This document shows positions 9,028 to 18,940 of a stretch of 64,000 nucleotides of DNA, one piece after another. The notes under the pieces were generated by a model. That model did no database searches. It had not been told where the DNA came from and worked only from the letters and a program-made list of their open reading frames with translations. The position numbers and the translations under genes are program-made. Origin of the DNA: Deltaproteobacteria bacterium (GTDB lineage Bacteria > Myxococcota > Kuafuiibacteriia > Kuafuiibacteriales > Kuafuiibacteriaceae); assembly GCA_040218735.1 (NCBI GenBank), contig JAVJQW010000018.1:256001-320000 (forward strand). The letters run 5' to 3'. Numbering within the stretch: position 1 is the first letter of the stretch; each line of letters starts with the position of its first letter.

Positions 9028-10635
9028 TCAGCTCGCCGGTTCGAGGACCAGCGGGTACGCGACGGGCACGGCGACGTCGGCGAGGGGCTCGAGCTGCCAG
9101 CGCGTCGCGGCGTCCTCGATGCAACGCGTGACGGCGCGGCTCCCCAACGATTGATCCTCGGCGCGGACGTCGTCGGTGCGCCCACTCGGCAACACGTCGA
9201 GGCGAAGCACGACGCGACCGGCGAGGCTCGGTGAGTCCACGAGGCCGTTGCGGTAACAACGCGAGACGTCGGCGAGGTGCGGCTTGAAGACCTGCGCGAT
9301 GCGCGCACGGGAGATCTTGGGTACGGGCTTCGTGCTCCGTTTCTTCGTCGTTCGTTTCTTCGCCGTTCGATTCTTACCCGTGCGCTTCGGCTCGGGCTCC
9401 GCAGCGGGCGTCGCTGGGCGGGTGCTCGCGTAGACCGGTGCGGCGGCGAGGTCCGCTCCGCGCGTGAGCTGCCCGCGTGTGCTGAGGCGAATCGACTGCG
9501 CGTCCCGCAGGACCTCCGAGACGACGGCGCGCGAGTCGAACAACGCGAGCGGGATGGCGATCATCAGGTTCTTGAACGGGCCGTCCTTCCCGCCGATGTG
9601 TTGCAGGAGCCGGTGCAGCTGCGAGGCACGGGTGTCGAGGTCGGCGGTCACGATGACCCCTTGCTCGTCGCGGTAGGACTGACGCACTTGTTCGAGGCGC
9701 GCGCGGACCTCCTCGAACTCGGGGCCGTTGCGGCTGCGGGGCACGGTGGCGCCGTGCTGCGGTCCGACGCGCGGCGGGAGCACGCCGCCTCGGGCGGCGA
9801 TCCAAGCGTCGCCGTCGTTGCCGAGCGCGACGACCAGTCGTAGCGCGTCCTCCGCCAACATCCGCGGGCTCGTGCGGGAGGCGGTGCGGCGTCCGAACAC
9901 GGCGACGATCGGCGCGTCTTCGCTGTCCGTCGAGCGCCGAATCTCTTCGACCTCCGCCAGGCAGTCCACGCAGGTGCCATACGGGGCGAGGGTGATCCGG
10001 ACCTTCTGAACGTTGAGATCGAGGACGACCAACTCGACCGCGCGGTGGTCCGCGAGCCCGGCCGTGTAGATCATCTGCGCGATGGTCTTGAACGGGAGGG
10101 AGGGGTGCACACCCAGCGTGATCTTGTCCGTGCCGCGCGCGCGTAGGGTTTCGTAGAGCGGCGTGATCACCAGCGACCCCGTGTCGAGGTCGTGTCCACC
10201 GACGAGTCCGCTGTCGAGCTCGGCCACGATTCGACCGTCGACCGTGATGAAGCGCATCGAAGCCGCGACGGGCGCCGCGAGGAGGCGTGTCATCGCGTCA
10301 CACGACCAGCCCTGCTCTCCCGCGGCCGCGAGGGCGTCGAGGATCGCGTCGTACTTTTCGCCCGGCGGGCTCGTCCCGACGACTTGGGCGAGGGCGATCG
10401 AGTCGTCCGTCGGCCACTGGGCGGAGAACTCCCGGGCGAGGAAGGCGGGTCGCCGTTCCACCGGGAGCGCCTCGGCGCGCTTCGCGATCTCACAGACCTC
10501 GTTGAGATTTCGGGTCACCGGACACCCGACTGCACCGCAGTACAGGTTCTCGATTCGGGTCGGCCCGAGGAGGATGAGCGTCCCGGCGAAAGTGCCGAAG
10601 AGAAAGCCCAAGACCAAATGCGTCGGGACCCGCAT
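9028..10635 (-). CDS. Membrane protein with ExbD-like domains and a C-terminal AgmX/PglI (TonB_C-like) domain
   Basis: N-terminal TM; C-terminal VSRCYRNGL..PSLAGRVVLRLDVLPSG...CIEDAATRWQL..VPVAYPLVL; internal ExbD-like segments. Confidence 0.7.
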   Translation of the reverse strand: MRVPTHLVLGFLFGTFAGTLILLGPTRIENLYCGAVGCPVTRNLNEVCEIAKRAEALPVERRPAFLAREFSAQWPTDDSIALAQVVGTSPPGEKYDAILDALAAAGEQGWSCDAMTRLLAAPVAASMRFITVDGRIVAELDSGLVGGHDLDTGSLVITPLYETLRARGTDKITLGVHPSLPFKTIAQMIYTAGLADHRAVELVVLDLNVQKVRITLAPYGTCVDCLAEVEEIRRSTDSEDAPIVAVFGRRTASRTSPRMLAEDALRLVVALGNDGDAWIAARGGVLPPRVGPQHGATVPRSRNGPEFEEVRARLEQVRQSYRDEQGVIVTADLDTRASQLHRLLQHIGGKDGPFKNLMIAIPLALFDSRAVVSEVLRDAQSIRLSTRGQLTRGADLAAAPVYASTRPATPAAEPEPKRTGKNRTAKKRTTKKRSTKPVPKISRARIAQVFKPHLADVSRCYRNGLVDSPSLAGRVVLRLDVLPSGRTDDVRAEDQSLGSRAVTRCIEDAATRWQLEPLADVAVPVAYPLVLEPAS

Positions 10636-10727
10636 TGCGCGAGCGATACTAGCGATCGCATTCCTGTTAGAAAAGGCGGATTCGGTTTGCGATGAACGAA
10701 AGTCTGGGCGGGTTGGTTTGCGCGGAG

Positions 10728-10752
10728 AGAATACGGGTTCTCGGAGTATTCT
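10728..10752. promoter_or_regulatory. Palindromic candidate operator in divergent promoter region
   Basis: AGAATAC-N11-GTATTCT inverted repeat in an AT-richer intergenic region; GGTTTGCG also occurs twice just upstream. Confidence 0.35.
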
Positions 10753-10817
10753 GTAAGGGGCTTCCCGCTGAGGGACCTCACCCGGCGGCGCTGCGGACGG
10801 CGCAGGACGCAGCTAAG

Positions 10818-13148
10818 ATGGCGCGCGTGGGGAGGGGATCGCGCTTCGCGCCGGCCGCGCTGCTGGTGGGGATCGGCTGCGCCGAAGGCCCGGTCGACGT
10901 GTTCCTCGACTTCGCGGAACAGACACAGACGGTCGTCGTCGCGGTCGAAGAGAACGGAGCGTTGCGCGTGTCCGCGTACGACGCGCGCGAAGGCAACGCC
11001 GTGCTCACGGACGTCGATGATCCGCAGACCGACGTCACGATCTACGTGCTGCAGTACCGCGCGTCACTCACGCAGCTCGACATGACCGCGGGGGAGCTCG
11101 CGCCGATCCGCGACAACCTCACGCCGAGCCAGTTCCTCACGCCTGCGGACCGCCAAGACTTCCGCGTCGTCCGCGGACGCGAAGCCGGCGAGTGGTCCGA
11201 GCTCGAGTCGTTTCCCGACATCGTCGCGGGCTTTCGTTTCAAAAGAACGACGGCCGCCGACTGCCTCGTGCAGGGCGGCTGTTATGTCGGCCAAGTCACG
11301 GCCGGCGGTGAAGCGCCGCTGTGCGTGACGCCGTGTCCCGAGCCGACGGCACCCGCACCGCCGGAGCCTCCGGAGCCGCCTCGCATGGTGTGCCCGGACG
11401 GCTGGGAGACCGGCGCCGCGCGCGGGCCGGACGACGTCGCCGTCTGCGAGCCGTACGGTGGGACGCGCGTGGCCGACACGTGCGGAGCGGGTGAACAACA
11501 CCTGCCCGGCACCCCCGGGTGTCGGCGCATGGGGCGCGTGTGTCCGGCGGGGGACTTCGGTGACGTGCCCGCGGGCGCACACTACGTGCGGGTCGGTGCG
11601 ACGAACGGCAACGGCTCCGCGGCGAACCCGTTCGGCACGATCGCGGAGGCGCTCGCTGCGGCTTCGGACGGCGACGTCATCGCGCTCGCGCGCGGACGAT
11701 TCACGGAGCGGGTGACGTTGAACCGCCCGATCACCTTGGTCGGCGCGTGTGTCGAAGACACGATCATCGACGGGACCGTGACGACGCTGACCGTCACGTC
11801 GACCGGCGTCTACCTGGAGGACCTGAGCGTCGAGGGCACGCGTGGCGTCGAAGTCTCGAGCGGTGTGCTCCACCTCGACGCCGTCGCGTTTTCACCGCGC
11901 ACCTCCTACGCGCTCTCGGTGACGGGCGGAGACGTACGCGGAGAGGGCGTGCACTTCGAGGGCACGAGCTTCGGGATGTTCGTCTCGTCCGGCGCGGTCG
12001 ACCTCGTCGACGTCACCGCGACCGACATGAACGGCACCGTCGCGACCGTGAACGGCGGCCGCGTCGCGATCACCAGCTTCCTCTTCGACACCATCGCGAG
12101 CTTCGGCCTGTCGGCGCGCGGCGGTGAGACACGACTCTCCCGCGGAATGATCCGAGAGCACGCTTTCGCCGCGGTCTCCGCGTCCTCGGGGGCGCGCGTC
12201 GATCTGGAGGACGTCGTCATCCGCGAGTCCGTCGGCAACGGGGCGAGCGCGGTGTACGCGTCGTCCGAGGCCGAGGTCGTCGGGACGCGCGTCCTCATCG
12301 AGCGCGCGCAGGGGTCCGCCGTCGCCTCGTCGAACGCACACGCCGAGCTGATCGACAGCGTCGTGCGCGAGACCCGCAGTCAGGAAGCGACCGGGTACTT
12401 CGGCCACGGCGCGGACACCGTCGACGGCGGGACGCTCCGCTTCGAACGCACCGTGTTCTGGGAGATGCGCGGGAGCGGCATCTTCGCGATCGGCGAAGGC
12501 GCACACATCGAGCTCGTCGACGTCGTCGTCGCGGAGGTGCGTGGTTGGCAGTTCGACGGCGATCTCGGCGTGGCGCTGCGGGCCGTCGAGGGCGGAACGA
12601 TCACCGTCGAGCGCGTGCGTGTTCCACGCGCGCACAGCTTCGGCGTCGTCGCGTCGAAGCAGTCCGCCGTCACGGGAACGGACCTGCACGTCCTCGACAC
12701 CCTCCCGCGGGATCTCAACGGCGCCTACGGGCGCGGCGCGGAGATCGAGGACGGGTCCAAGCTGCACATCACCCGCGGGATCTTCGAGGACGGCCACAGC
12801 GTCGCGGTCTACGGTCTGGACCCGGGGACCGACATCCAGCTCTACGACGTCCGTCTGTCCGGCAGCTCGGAGAGCGCCTGCGTGCTGTTCTCCTGCAACG
12901 TGGGCCTCGCGGATGGGATCTCCATCATCCTCAGCGCGCGCGCGCACGTGGAGCGATTCGAGATCGTCGACAATGATCAGTATGGGGTTCGCATCTCCAA
13001 CGAGCCGCTGCTGACGCTGGCCGACGGCCTGATCGCTCGCAACGCGACGGGCATTCAATCGGTTTCGCCGAACTTCGCGATCGACCAGATCGCGGACCGC
13101 GTCCGCGTCGTCGACAACGCCGAGCCCCTCGACCTCGTCGGCCCGTAG
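10818..13148 (+). CDS. Cys-rich lipoprotein with parallel beta-helix; paralog of 6568..9027
   Basis: Lipobox VGIGC; CLVQGGCY...CVTPCP; YVRVGATNGNGSAANPFGTIAEALAA..IALARGRFTE; beta-helix repeats. Confidence 0.75.
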   Translation: MARVGRGSRFAPAALLVGIGCAEGPVDVFLDFAEQTQTVVVAVEENGALRVSAYDAREGNAVLTDVDDPQTDVTIYVLQYRASLTQLDMTAGELAPIRDNLTPSQFLTPADRQDFRVVRGREAGEWSELESFPDIVAGFRFKRTTAADCLVQGGCYVGQVTAGGEAPLCVTPCPEPTAPAPPEPPEPPRMVCPDGWETGAARGPDDVAVCEPYGGTRVADTCGAGEQHLPGTPGCRRMGRVCPAGDFGDVPAGAHYVRVGATNGNGSAANPFGTIAEALAAASDGDVIALARGRFTERVTLNRPITLVGACVEDTIIDGTVTTLTVTSTGVYLEDLSVEGTRGVEVSSGVLHLDAVAFSPRTSYALSVTGGDVRGEGVHFEGTSFGMFVSSGAVDLVDVTATDMNGTVATVNGGRVAITSFLFDTIASFGLSARGGETRLSRGMIREHAFAAVSASSGARVDLEDVVIRESVGNGASAVYASSEAEVVGTRVLIERAQGSAVASSNAHAELIDSVVRETRSQEATGYFGHGADTVDGGTLRFERTVFWEMRGSGIFAIGEGAHIELVDVVVAEVRGWQFDGDLGVALRAVEGGTITVERVRVPRAHSFGVVASKQSAVTGTDLHVLDTLPRDLNGAYGRGAEIEDGSKLHITRGIFEDGHSVAVYGLDPGTDIQLYDVRLSGSSESACVLFSCNVGLADGISIILSARAHVERFEIVDNDQYGVRISNEPLLTLADGLIARNATGIQSVSPNFAIDQIADRVRVVDNAEPLDLVGP

Positions 13149-13228
13149 CCCCTCGCGCACGGTGTCGGGTGGTGTAGGAACCAGCCAAGTCTTTTGCTCC
13201 GTCGGCCCGAACGAGTATCTTCGCCGCA

Positions 13229-14710
13229 ATGCGGGTGTGTCCCCGATGTCGGTCGATCTACTCGACCCGAACGGCCTTCTGCGGCATCGACGGCGAACGC
13301 CTCAACGAACAGAAGGTCGACCCGCTGATCGGTCGCGATCTGGGACGGTACACGGTGTCCGCGAAGCTCGGCACCGGGAGCACCGGCTGCGTGTACCGCG
13401 CGCAGCACCGCGAGCTCGCGACGGACTTCGCGATCAAGGTGCTCTTCGGCGACTTGGGTTCGAACGAAACGGTCGTCACGCGCTTCAAGCGTGAAGCGCA
13501 GGCGGCGAGTCGCATCCGCAGCCCGTACGTCGTCTCCGTCACGGACTTCGGCACGACCGACGCGGGGCTCGTCTACCTGGTGATGGAGTACTCACCCGGG
13601 CGGACACTCCAGGATCTGATGCGGGACCACGGGCCGATGGACCCCGCCGACGTCGCGCGCGTCGCCGGGCAGATCGCTCGCGGGCTCGACGCCGCGCACG
13701 CGCTCGGTTTCGTCCACCGCGACATCAAACCCGCCAACATCGTGATGGTGAAGGAGCAGGACCGTGAGGTCGCGAAGCTCCTCGACTTCGGCATCGTGCG
13801 CCTCACCGACGAGGACGAGGACACCACGAAGCTCACGCGCGACGGCCTCGTCGTCGGCACGCCGGCGTACATGTCGCCCGAGCAGGCGCAGGGGCTGCCG
13901 ATCACCCGCGCCGCGGATCTGTACTCGCTCGGGGTGGTGATGTTCGAGATGCTCGAGGGGCGTCGGCCGTTCAAGGCGCGCTCCGTCGCGGAGATGGTCG
14001 TCAAACACGCCGACACGCCGCCGCCGCCGATGCACGCGCACGGAGGGTTGGAGCTGATCACGATGCGCCTCCTCGCGAAGTCGCCGACCGAGCGCTTCGA
14101 GAGCGCGTCCGCGGTCGTCGATGCGATCGCGGAGCTCGTGTTCACCGAGCGCACGCGCAACGACCGCCCGCCGCGCGGCGACACCGCGCTCGCGTCGGGG
14201 CCCGCGCCGGCGGCGATCGCTTCGAACCCCGGCGTCGTGCAGTCGAACCCGACGAATGTCGAGAGCGCGGGGCAGGCGCCGTTCGTCAGCACGCAGCCTT
14301 CACTCGATCCGCAGCTGACGACCGCGTACATGCCGGTCAATCGCGGGCTCCTCGTCGCGGCGATCGGCGGGGCGCTCGTCGCGGTCGTGACCGTGACGCT
14401 CGCGATCGCGCGTCCGGATCTGCTCTCCGGGACGACGGAGGCGCCCATCGTCGAGGTCGAGCCCGTCGAAGCACCCAAACCTCCGCCGGTGCCCACCACG
14501 AAGGCGATTCGCCGACGCCTCGACAACCTGGATGGCGCCGTCGCGTCGCTGAAGGACGTCGTCCAGGCCGACGTGATGGACGACTTCGAGTCGAGGTACC
14601 TCGGCCTGTACAAGCGACTCCTGGACGGGCTCCCCGACGCCACGCGCCGGACGATCGTCGCCGACATCGACGCCTTCGAAGCCGACATCGAACGCGCCAA
14701 GAAGCGCTGA
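13229..14710 (+). CDS. Ser/Thr protein kinase (Pkn2-type) with N-terminal Cys knuckle and TM helix
   Basis: CPRC..FCGIDG N-terminus; GTGSTGCVY, AIK, HRDIKPAN, DFG, GTPAYMSPE; TM at about aa 375-395. Confidence 0.95.
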   Translation: MRVCPRCRSIYSTRTAFCGIDGERLNEQKVDPLIGRDLGRYTVSAKLGTGSTGCVYRAQHRELATDFAIKVLFGDLGSNETVVTRFKREAQAASRIRSPYVVSVTDFGTTDAGLVYLVMEYSPGRTLQDLMRDHGPMDPADVARVAGQIARGLDAAHALGFVHRDIKPANIVMVKEQDREVAKLLDFGIVRLTDEDEDTTKLTRDGLVVGTPAYMSPEQAQGLPITRAADLYSLGVVMFEMLEGRRPFKARSVAEMVVKHADTPPPPMHAHGGLELITMRLLAKSPTERFESASAVVDAIAELVFTERTRNDRPPRGDTALASGPAPAAIASNPGVVQSNPTNVESAGQAPFVSTQPSLDPQLTTAYMPVNRGLLVAAIGGALVAVVTVTLAIARPDLLSGTTEAPIVEVEPVEAPKPPPVPTTKAIRRRLDNLDGAVASLKDVVQADVMDDFESRYLGLYKRLLDGLPDATRRTIVADIDAFEADIERAKKR

Positions 14711-14755
14711 CTCGGTTCAGCTCGAGCGGGCACTCCCCGGCCGGCTATCCGATAC

Positions 14756-15577
14756 CTAGTACGAGCCGTACGGCTTGCCGTCCTTGTTGAGGTGGCGGCC
14801 CTTGGAGCGCGGCGACAAGCTCAGTTGCACGTCCGCGGCGTCACCCGCTGGCACGTCGACCCAAGACGCGGTCGGCTGCATCCCCGGCCCCCACGCGACG
14901 ATCTCGTGGCGCCCCGGCGGGACACCTTCGAGCGAGAACTTCCCGCCGCCGCTGACCTTCGCGTAGTAGCGGTTCGGTACGACGAGGACCTCGGCCGTCA
15001 TCTTCGCGTGCATGTTGCAGAAGACGTCGATCAGCCCGGGCCGCATGAAGCGGAAGCTCTTGGCGTCGTCGCCCTTGCGGTAGATGCCGAGGTCGAAGCT
15101 CGCGTACGGGCTGTTCGAGAAGACGTTGTGGTAGATGTTGTCCTTGTTCGGGAACTCGATCGTCGTCCCCTTCCGGATGACCATCCACCGCGGGTTGAAC
15201 TGCCGACCGCTCTGCGCGATGACCTGCTTCCCACGCTGGAGCTTGCCGCGAATATCTCGAACATAAACGTACGCGGCGCCCTTCGTTCCGCGCACCGTGC
15301 CGCGGATTGAGCCGCGCTTCTTCTTGGTGCTGCTGCGGCGCGGCGGAGGCGGCGCGACCTCGGAGGGTGCGGGCTCGATGCCGTCGTCCGAGGGTTCGAT
15401 CGACGCGGTCCCCGTGCGCTGCGCGAGGAGGTTCTCCAGCAGCGCGCGGAGCTCGCGGACCTCGGCCTCGAGGCGCGCGATGTCCTTGCCGACCTGGTAG
15501 GCGTCTTTGCACTTGTCGTCGGCGTGCGCGGGCGTGGCCGAGGCGAGGAGGGCGAACGTGAACAGGATCCGTTTCAT
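14756..15577 (-). CDS. Secreted cupredoxin-like / carboxypeptidase-regulatory-like domain protein
   Basis: Signal peptide, coiled coil, FPNKDNIYHNVFS, VFCNMHAKM, FSLEGVPPGRHEIVAW. Confidence 0.75.
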   Translation of the reverse strand: MKRILFTFALLASATPAHADDKCKDAYQVGKDIARLEAEVRELRALLENLLAQRTGTASIEPSDDGIEPAPSEVAPPPPRRSSTKKKRGSIRGTVRGTKGAAYVYVRDIRGKLQRGKQVIAQSGRQFNPRWMVIRKGTTIEFPNKDNIYHNVFSNSPYASFDLGIYRKGDDAKSFRFMRPGLIDVFCNMHAKMTAEVLVVPNRYYAKVSGGGKFSLEGVPPGRHEIVAWGPGMQPTASWVDVPAGDAADVQLSLSPRSKGRHLNKDGKPYGSY

Positions 15578-15609
15578 GCCTGACCGAAGTTGTCGCCCGC
15601 GCGGCGTCT

Positions 15610-15954
15610 TCAGTCCAGGCGGCGACGCAACTTGGCGCGCCCGATCCAGCGCAGCGTGTCGAACACGACGCGGGCACCCGCGTCCGAAGCGTGGATGCGG
15701 AGGATGCGATCGGGGACAGCGATGTCGATCGTCGTCCCCTCCTCGCGGATGCGCTCGATGTCCGCGTACGCCACCGCGTCGTCGCCGATGACGAACCCCT
15801 CCGCGTAGAACGCCGCCGCGCCGACGTCGCTCTCGACCCGGATCTCGGGGGCGCCGAAGGTCGCGTGTGCGGCGTCCAACGCGACGAGCCGGACGGCGTC
15901 GCCGATCTCGGCGCGCCGCACCTTGCCCTCGACGAAGTCGCGGATCGATTTCAT
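15610..15954 (-). CDS. Hypothetical protein
   Basis: 114-aa ORF tightly downstream of scoB on the same strand, with normal composition. Confidence 0.55.
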   Translation of the reverse strand: MKSIRDFVEGKVRRAEIGDAVRLVALDAAHATFGAPEIRVESDVGAAAFYAEGFVIGDDAVAYADIERIREEGTTIDIAVPDRILRIHASDAGARVVFDTLRWIGRAKLRRRLD

Positions 15955-15961
15955 CCGAGGC

Positions 15962-16633
15962 TCACCCGGCGAGGGAAGGGATCGGCATGGTCGGGACGTC
16001 GCCGCGCACGAGCAGCTCGGGCTCGGTCTTGGACTGCACTTCGTCGAGCGTCACGCCGGGAGCGAGCTCCTCGAGCACGAGGCCTTCGCCGCTGACGGAG
16101 ATGACGGCGAGATCGGTGACGATCGTGTGCACGCAGCTCAGCCCGGTGAGCGGCAGCGAGCATTCGTTCAGGATCTTCGGGTCGCCCTTCTTGGTGACGT
16201 GCTCCATCGCGACGATCACGCGGCGCGCACCGGCGACGAGGTCCATCGCGCCGCCCATGCCCTTCACCATCTTGCCGGGGATCATCCAGTTCGCGATGTC
16301 GCCGTTCTTCGAGACCTGGAGCGCGCCGAGCACCGTCATGTCGATGTGGCCGCCGCGCACCATCGCAAACGAGGTTGCGCTGTCGAAGTAACTCGTCCCG
16401 GCGATCTCGGAGACGGTCTGCTTGCCGGCGTTGATGAGGTCGGCGTCCTCTTCACCTTCGTAGGGGAAGGGGCCGATGCCCATCATGCCGTTCTCGGAGT
16501 GAAGGACGACCTCCATCGAGTCCGGGATGTAGTTCGCGGCGAGCGTCGGCATGCCGATGCCGAGGTTGATGAACATGCCGTCCGAGAATTCCTGGGCGAC
16601 GCGTTCGAGGATCTGTTCGCGGGTGATGGCCAT
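15962..16633 (-). CDS. scoB: 3-oxoacid CoA-transferase subunit B
   Basis: NLGIGMPT, catalytic [23 protein letters not shown]; ATG at 16633. Confidence 0.95.
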   Translation of the reverse strand: MAITREQILERVAQEFSDGMFINLGIGMPTLAANYIPDSMEVVLHSENGMMGIGPFPYEGEEDADLINAGKQTVSEIAGTSYFDSATSFAMVRGGHIDMTVLGALQVSKNGDIANWMIPGKMVKGMGGAMDLVAGARRVIVAMEHVTKKGDPKILNECSLPLTGLSCVHTIVTDLAVISVSGEGLVLEELAPGVTLDEVQSKTEPELLVRGDVPTMPIPSLAG

Positions 16634-16644
16634 TCGAGTGTCTC

Positions 16645-17343
16645 CTAGGGGCGCGGGCGCACGGTGCGCTGCTCGATCCACTTCTCGTAGTCGGCGCCTT
16701 GCACGACGCGCTGCACGAACACGCCGGGGGTGTGGATCTGGTCGGGGTCGAGCTCGCCGAGCGGGACGATGTGCTCGGCTTCGACGATCGTCACCTTCCC
16801 GGCCATGCACATCATCGGGGCGAAGTTGCGGGCGGTCTTACGGAACACGCAGTTGCCCCAGCGGTCGGCCTTGTAGGCGCGCACGAACGTGAAGTCGGCT
16901 TTGAGGGGGCGCTCGAGGACGTAGTCGACGCCGTCGAAGTTGCGCGTCTCCTTGCCTTCCGCCGCCTTGGTGCCGAACGCGGTCGGCGTGTAGAACGCGC
17001 CGATCCCCGCGCCGCCCGCGCGGATGCGCTCGGCGAGGGTGCCCTGCGGGCACAGCTCGACCTCCAGCTCGCCGGAGAGGAACTGCCGTTCGAACTCCTT
17101 GTTCTCGCCGACGTAGCTCGAGATCATCTTCTTGAGCTGCTTCGCCTGCAGCAGGATCCCGAGGCCGTGCTCGGTCGTCCCGCAATTGTTGCTGATGACC
17201 GTGAGGTCCTTCAGCCCGCGGGCGTGCAGGGCGGTGATCAGGTTCTCCGGGTTACCGCACAGGCCGAAACCACTCGACATGATCGTCGCGCCGTCCGTCA
17301 TGTCCTCGATGGCCGCGGCGGCGCTCGGGTAGACCTTGTCCAT
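16645..17343 (-). CDS. scoA: 3-oxoacid CoA-transferase subunit A
   Basis: [38 protein letters not shown]; ATG at 17343. Confidence 0.95.
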   Translation of the reverse strand: MDKVYPSAAAAIEDMTDGATIMSSGFGLCGNPENLITALHARGLKDLTVISNNCGTTEHGLGILLQAKQLKKMISSYVGENKEFERQFLSGELEVELCPQGTLAERIRAGGAGIGAFYTPTAFGTKAAEGKETRNFDGVDYVLERPLKADFTFVRAYKADRWGNCVFRKTARNFAPMMCMAGKVTIVEAEHIVPLGELDPDQIHTPGVFVQRVVQGADYEKWIEQRTVRPRP

Positions 17344-17429
17344 ACCGCGGGCTGTACCGAACGTCCGTACGGCGGTCAATCTGAGGGGGCCTTGCACCGG
17401 GCCTCGGCGCTTGAGAGAGTCGCCGCATC

Positions 17430-17771
17430 GTGTCGGACAACCGTCGAGAGGAGCGCCTCCCGGTCGACGTGAAGGTCGACTACCGCACCGTCGGGAGCTT
17501 CATCACCGACTACTCCAAAGACCTGAGCAAGGGCGGCATCTTCATCAAGACGTCGCTGCCCTACGAGGTCGGCGAGCGCGTGCGCCTTCGACTCACCCTC
17601 CCGGACGGCGACGCACCCTTTGCGTTGGACGGCGTGGTGAAGTGGGTGTCGACGCTGCGCGACCGCGAGAAACACCCCGCAGGGATGGGGATCGAGTTCG
17701 TGGACTTCGACGAGAAGATCCAAAAGAAGCTCGAAGACCTCGTGAACGCCTACCGCTCCAAGGGAGCCTGA
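17430..17771 (+). CDS. TIGR02266-family PilZ domain protein
   Basis: RREERLPV (RxxxR), DLSKGGIFIKT (DxSxxG), PAGMGIEF. Confidence 0.9.
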   Translation: MSDNRREERLPVDVKVDYRTVGSFITDYSKDLSKGGIFIKTSLPYEVGERVRLRLTLPDGDAPFALDGVVKWVSTLRDREKHPAGMGIEFVDFDEKIQKKLEDLVNAYRSKGA

Positions 17772-17782
17772 GAGAACACACC

Positions 17783-18940
17783 ATGCAGCTGGTTACCGAG
17801 GACCGCCTGGCGACCGGCGGTGAGGCGGTCGCGCGCGCGGACGATGGCCGCGTCGTGTTCGTCGCGGGCGCAGCGCCGAACGAGACCGTCGAGGTCGAAA
17901 TCACGCAGCAGAAGAAGCGCTTCCTGCGCGCGCGGGTGTTGTCGGTCGTGGAGCCGAGCGCCGCGCGGGTCGAGCCGCAGTGCGCGCACTACGACATCTG
18001 TGGTGGGTGCGTGTTGCAGCACGTCGAGGCGGCGACGCAGACGCGGCTGAAGGACGCCGCGACGATCCAGACGATCACCCGCGTCGGTCGCGTGGACCCG
18101 AGCACGTACGAGCACCTCGCGCCGTGGTCGGGCGACGCGTACGGCTATCGGACGCGCGCGCGGTTCGCGGTGGCGGACGGGGTCGTCGGGTACCGCGGTG
18201 CGAAGAGCCACCGGGTGGTCGACGTCGAGTCGTGCCCGATCCTCGCGTCGGGCGCCGCGCGTGGGTTGGCGGCGTTGCGCGCGGCGAGCCCGAGCGTGGA
18301 CGGCATCGTGGACGTCTCGGTGATCGGATCCGGCGACGACGTGCTCGCCGACGCCCCGTCGGCGCTCGAGGGGGTGCGCACCGACGCCGACGCGACGCTC
18401 GAAGCCGACGATGGCTTGGGGCTCATGCTCCTGTCGCCGCGTGTCTTCGCGCAGGCGAACGCGGCGGGGAACGCGGCGCTCGTCGAGCAGGTCACGGCGT
18501 GGGTCGAGGCGGCGGCGCCGTCGACGATCCTCGAGCTCTACGCCGGGTCCGGAAACTTCACGCGCAGCATCGCGCGGCACGCAGCGCGGGTCGTGGCGAT
18601 CGAGCAGAGCGAGGAGGCTTCCCAGCTCGCGAAGCGGGCGGCCGTCGAGCACGTCGAGGTGTGGGGGGTGTCGGTCGAGTCGGGGCTTTTGTCCTGGAGC
18701 GGCGACGCGCCGGATCTGGTGTTGCTCGATCCACCGCGTCGGGGCGTGGAGCCGTCGACGCTGGAAGCGCTGGTGAAGCTCGCGCCGTCGAAGCTGGTCT
18801 ACGTGAGCTGCGACCCGGGCACGTTTGCGCGCGACGCCGCGGCGTTGGGCGAAGCGGGGTATCGGCTCGACGCCGTGCGGGTCTTCGACCTGTACCCGCA
18901 GACCGCGCACGTCGAGCTCGTCGCCCAGCTGTCGCGATGA
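17783..18940 (+). CDS. rlmD: 23S rRNA (uracil-C5)-methyltransferase, RlmD/TrmA family with TRAM domain
   Basis: TRAM N-terminus, CAHYDICGGC Fe-S motif, FAQAN, ELYAGSGNF, LDPPRRG, YVSCDPGTFARD, DLYPQTAHVE. Confidence 0.85.
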   Translation: MQLVTEDRLATGGEAVARADDGRVVFVAGAAPNETVEVEITQQKKRFLRARVLSVVEPSAARVEPQCAHYDICGGCVLQHVEAATQTRLKDAATIQTITRVGRVDPSTYEHLAPWSGDAYGYRTRARFAVADGVVGYRGAKSHRVVDVESCPILASGAARGLAALRAASPSVDGIVDVSVIGSGDDVLADAPSALEGVRTDADATLEADDGLGLMLLSPRVFAQANAAGNAALVEQVTAWVEAAAPSTILELYAGSGNFTRSIARHAARVVAIEQSEEASQLAKRAAVEHVEVWGVSVESGLLSWSGDAPDLVLLDPPRRGVEPSTLEALVKLAPSKLVYVSCDPGTFARDAAALGEAGYRLDAVRVFDLYPQTAHVELVAQLSR

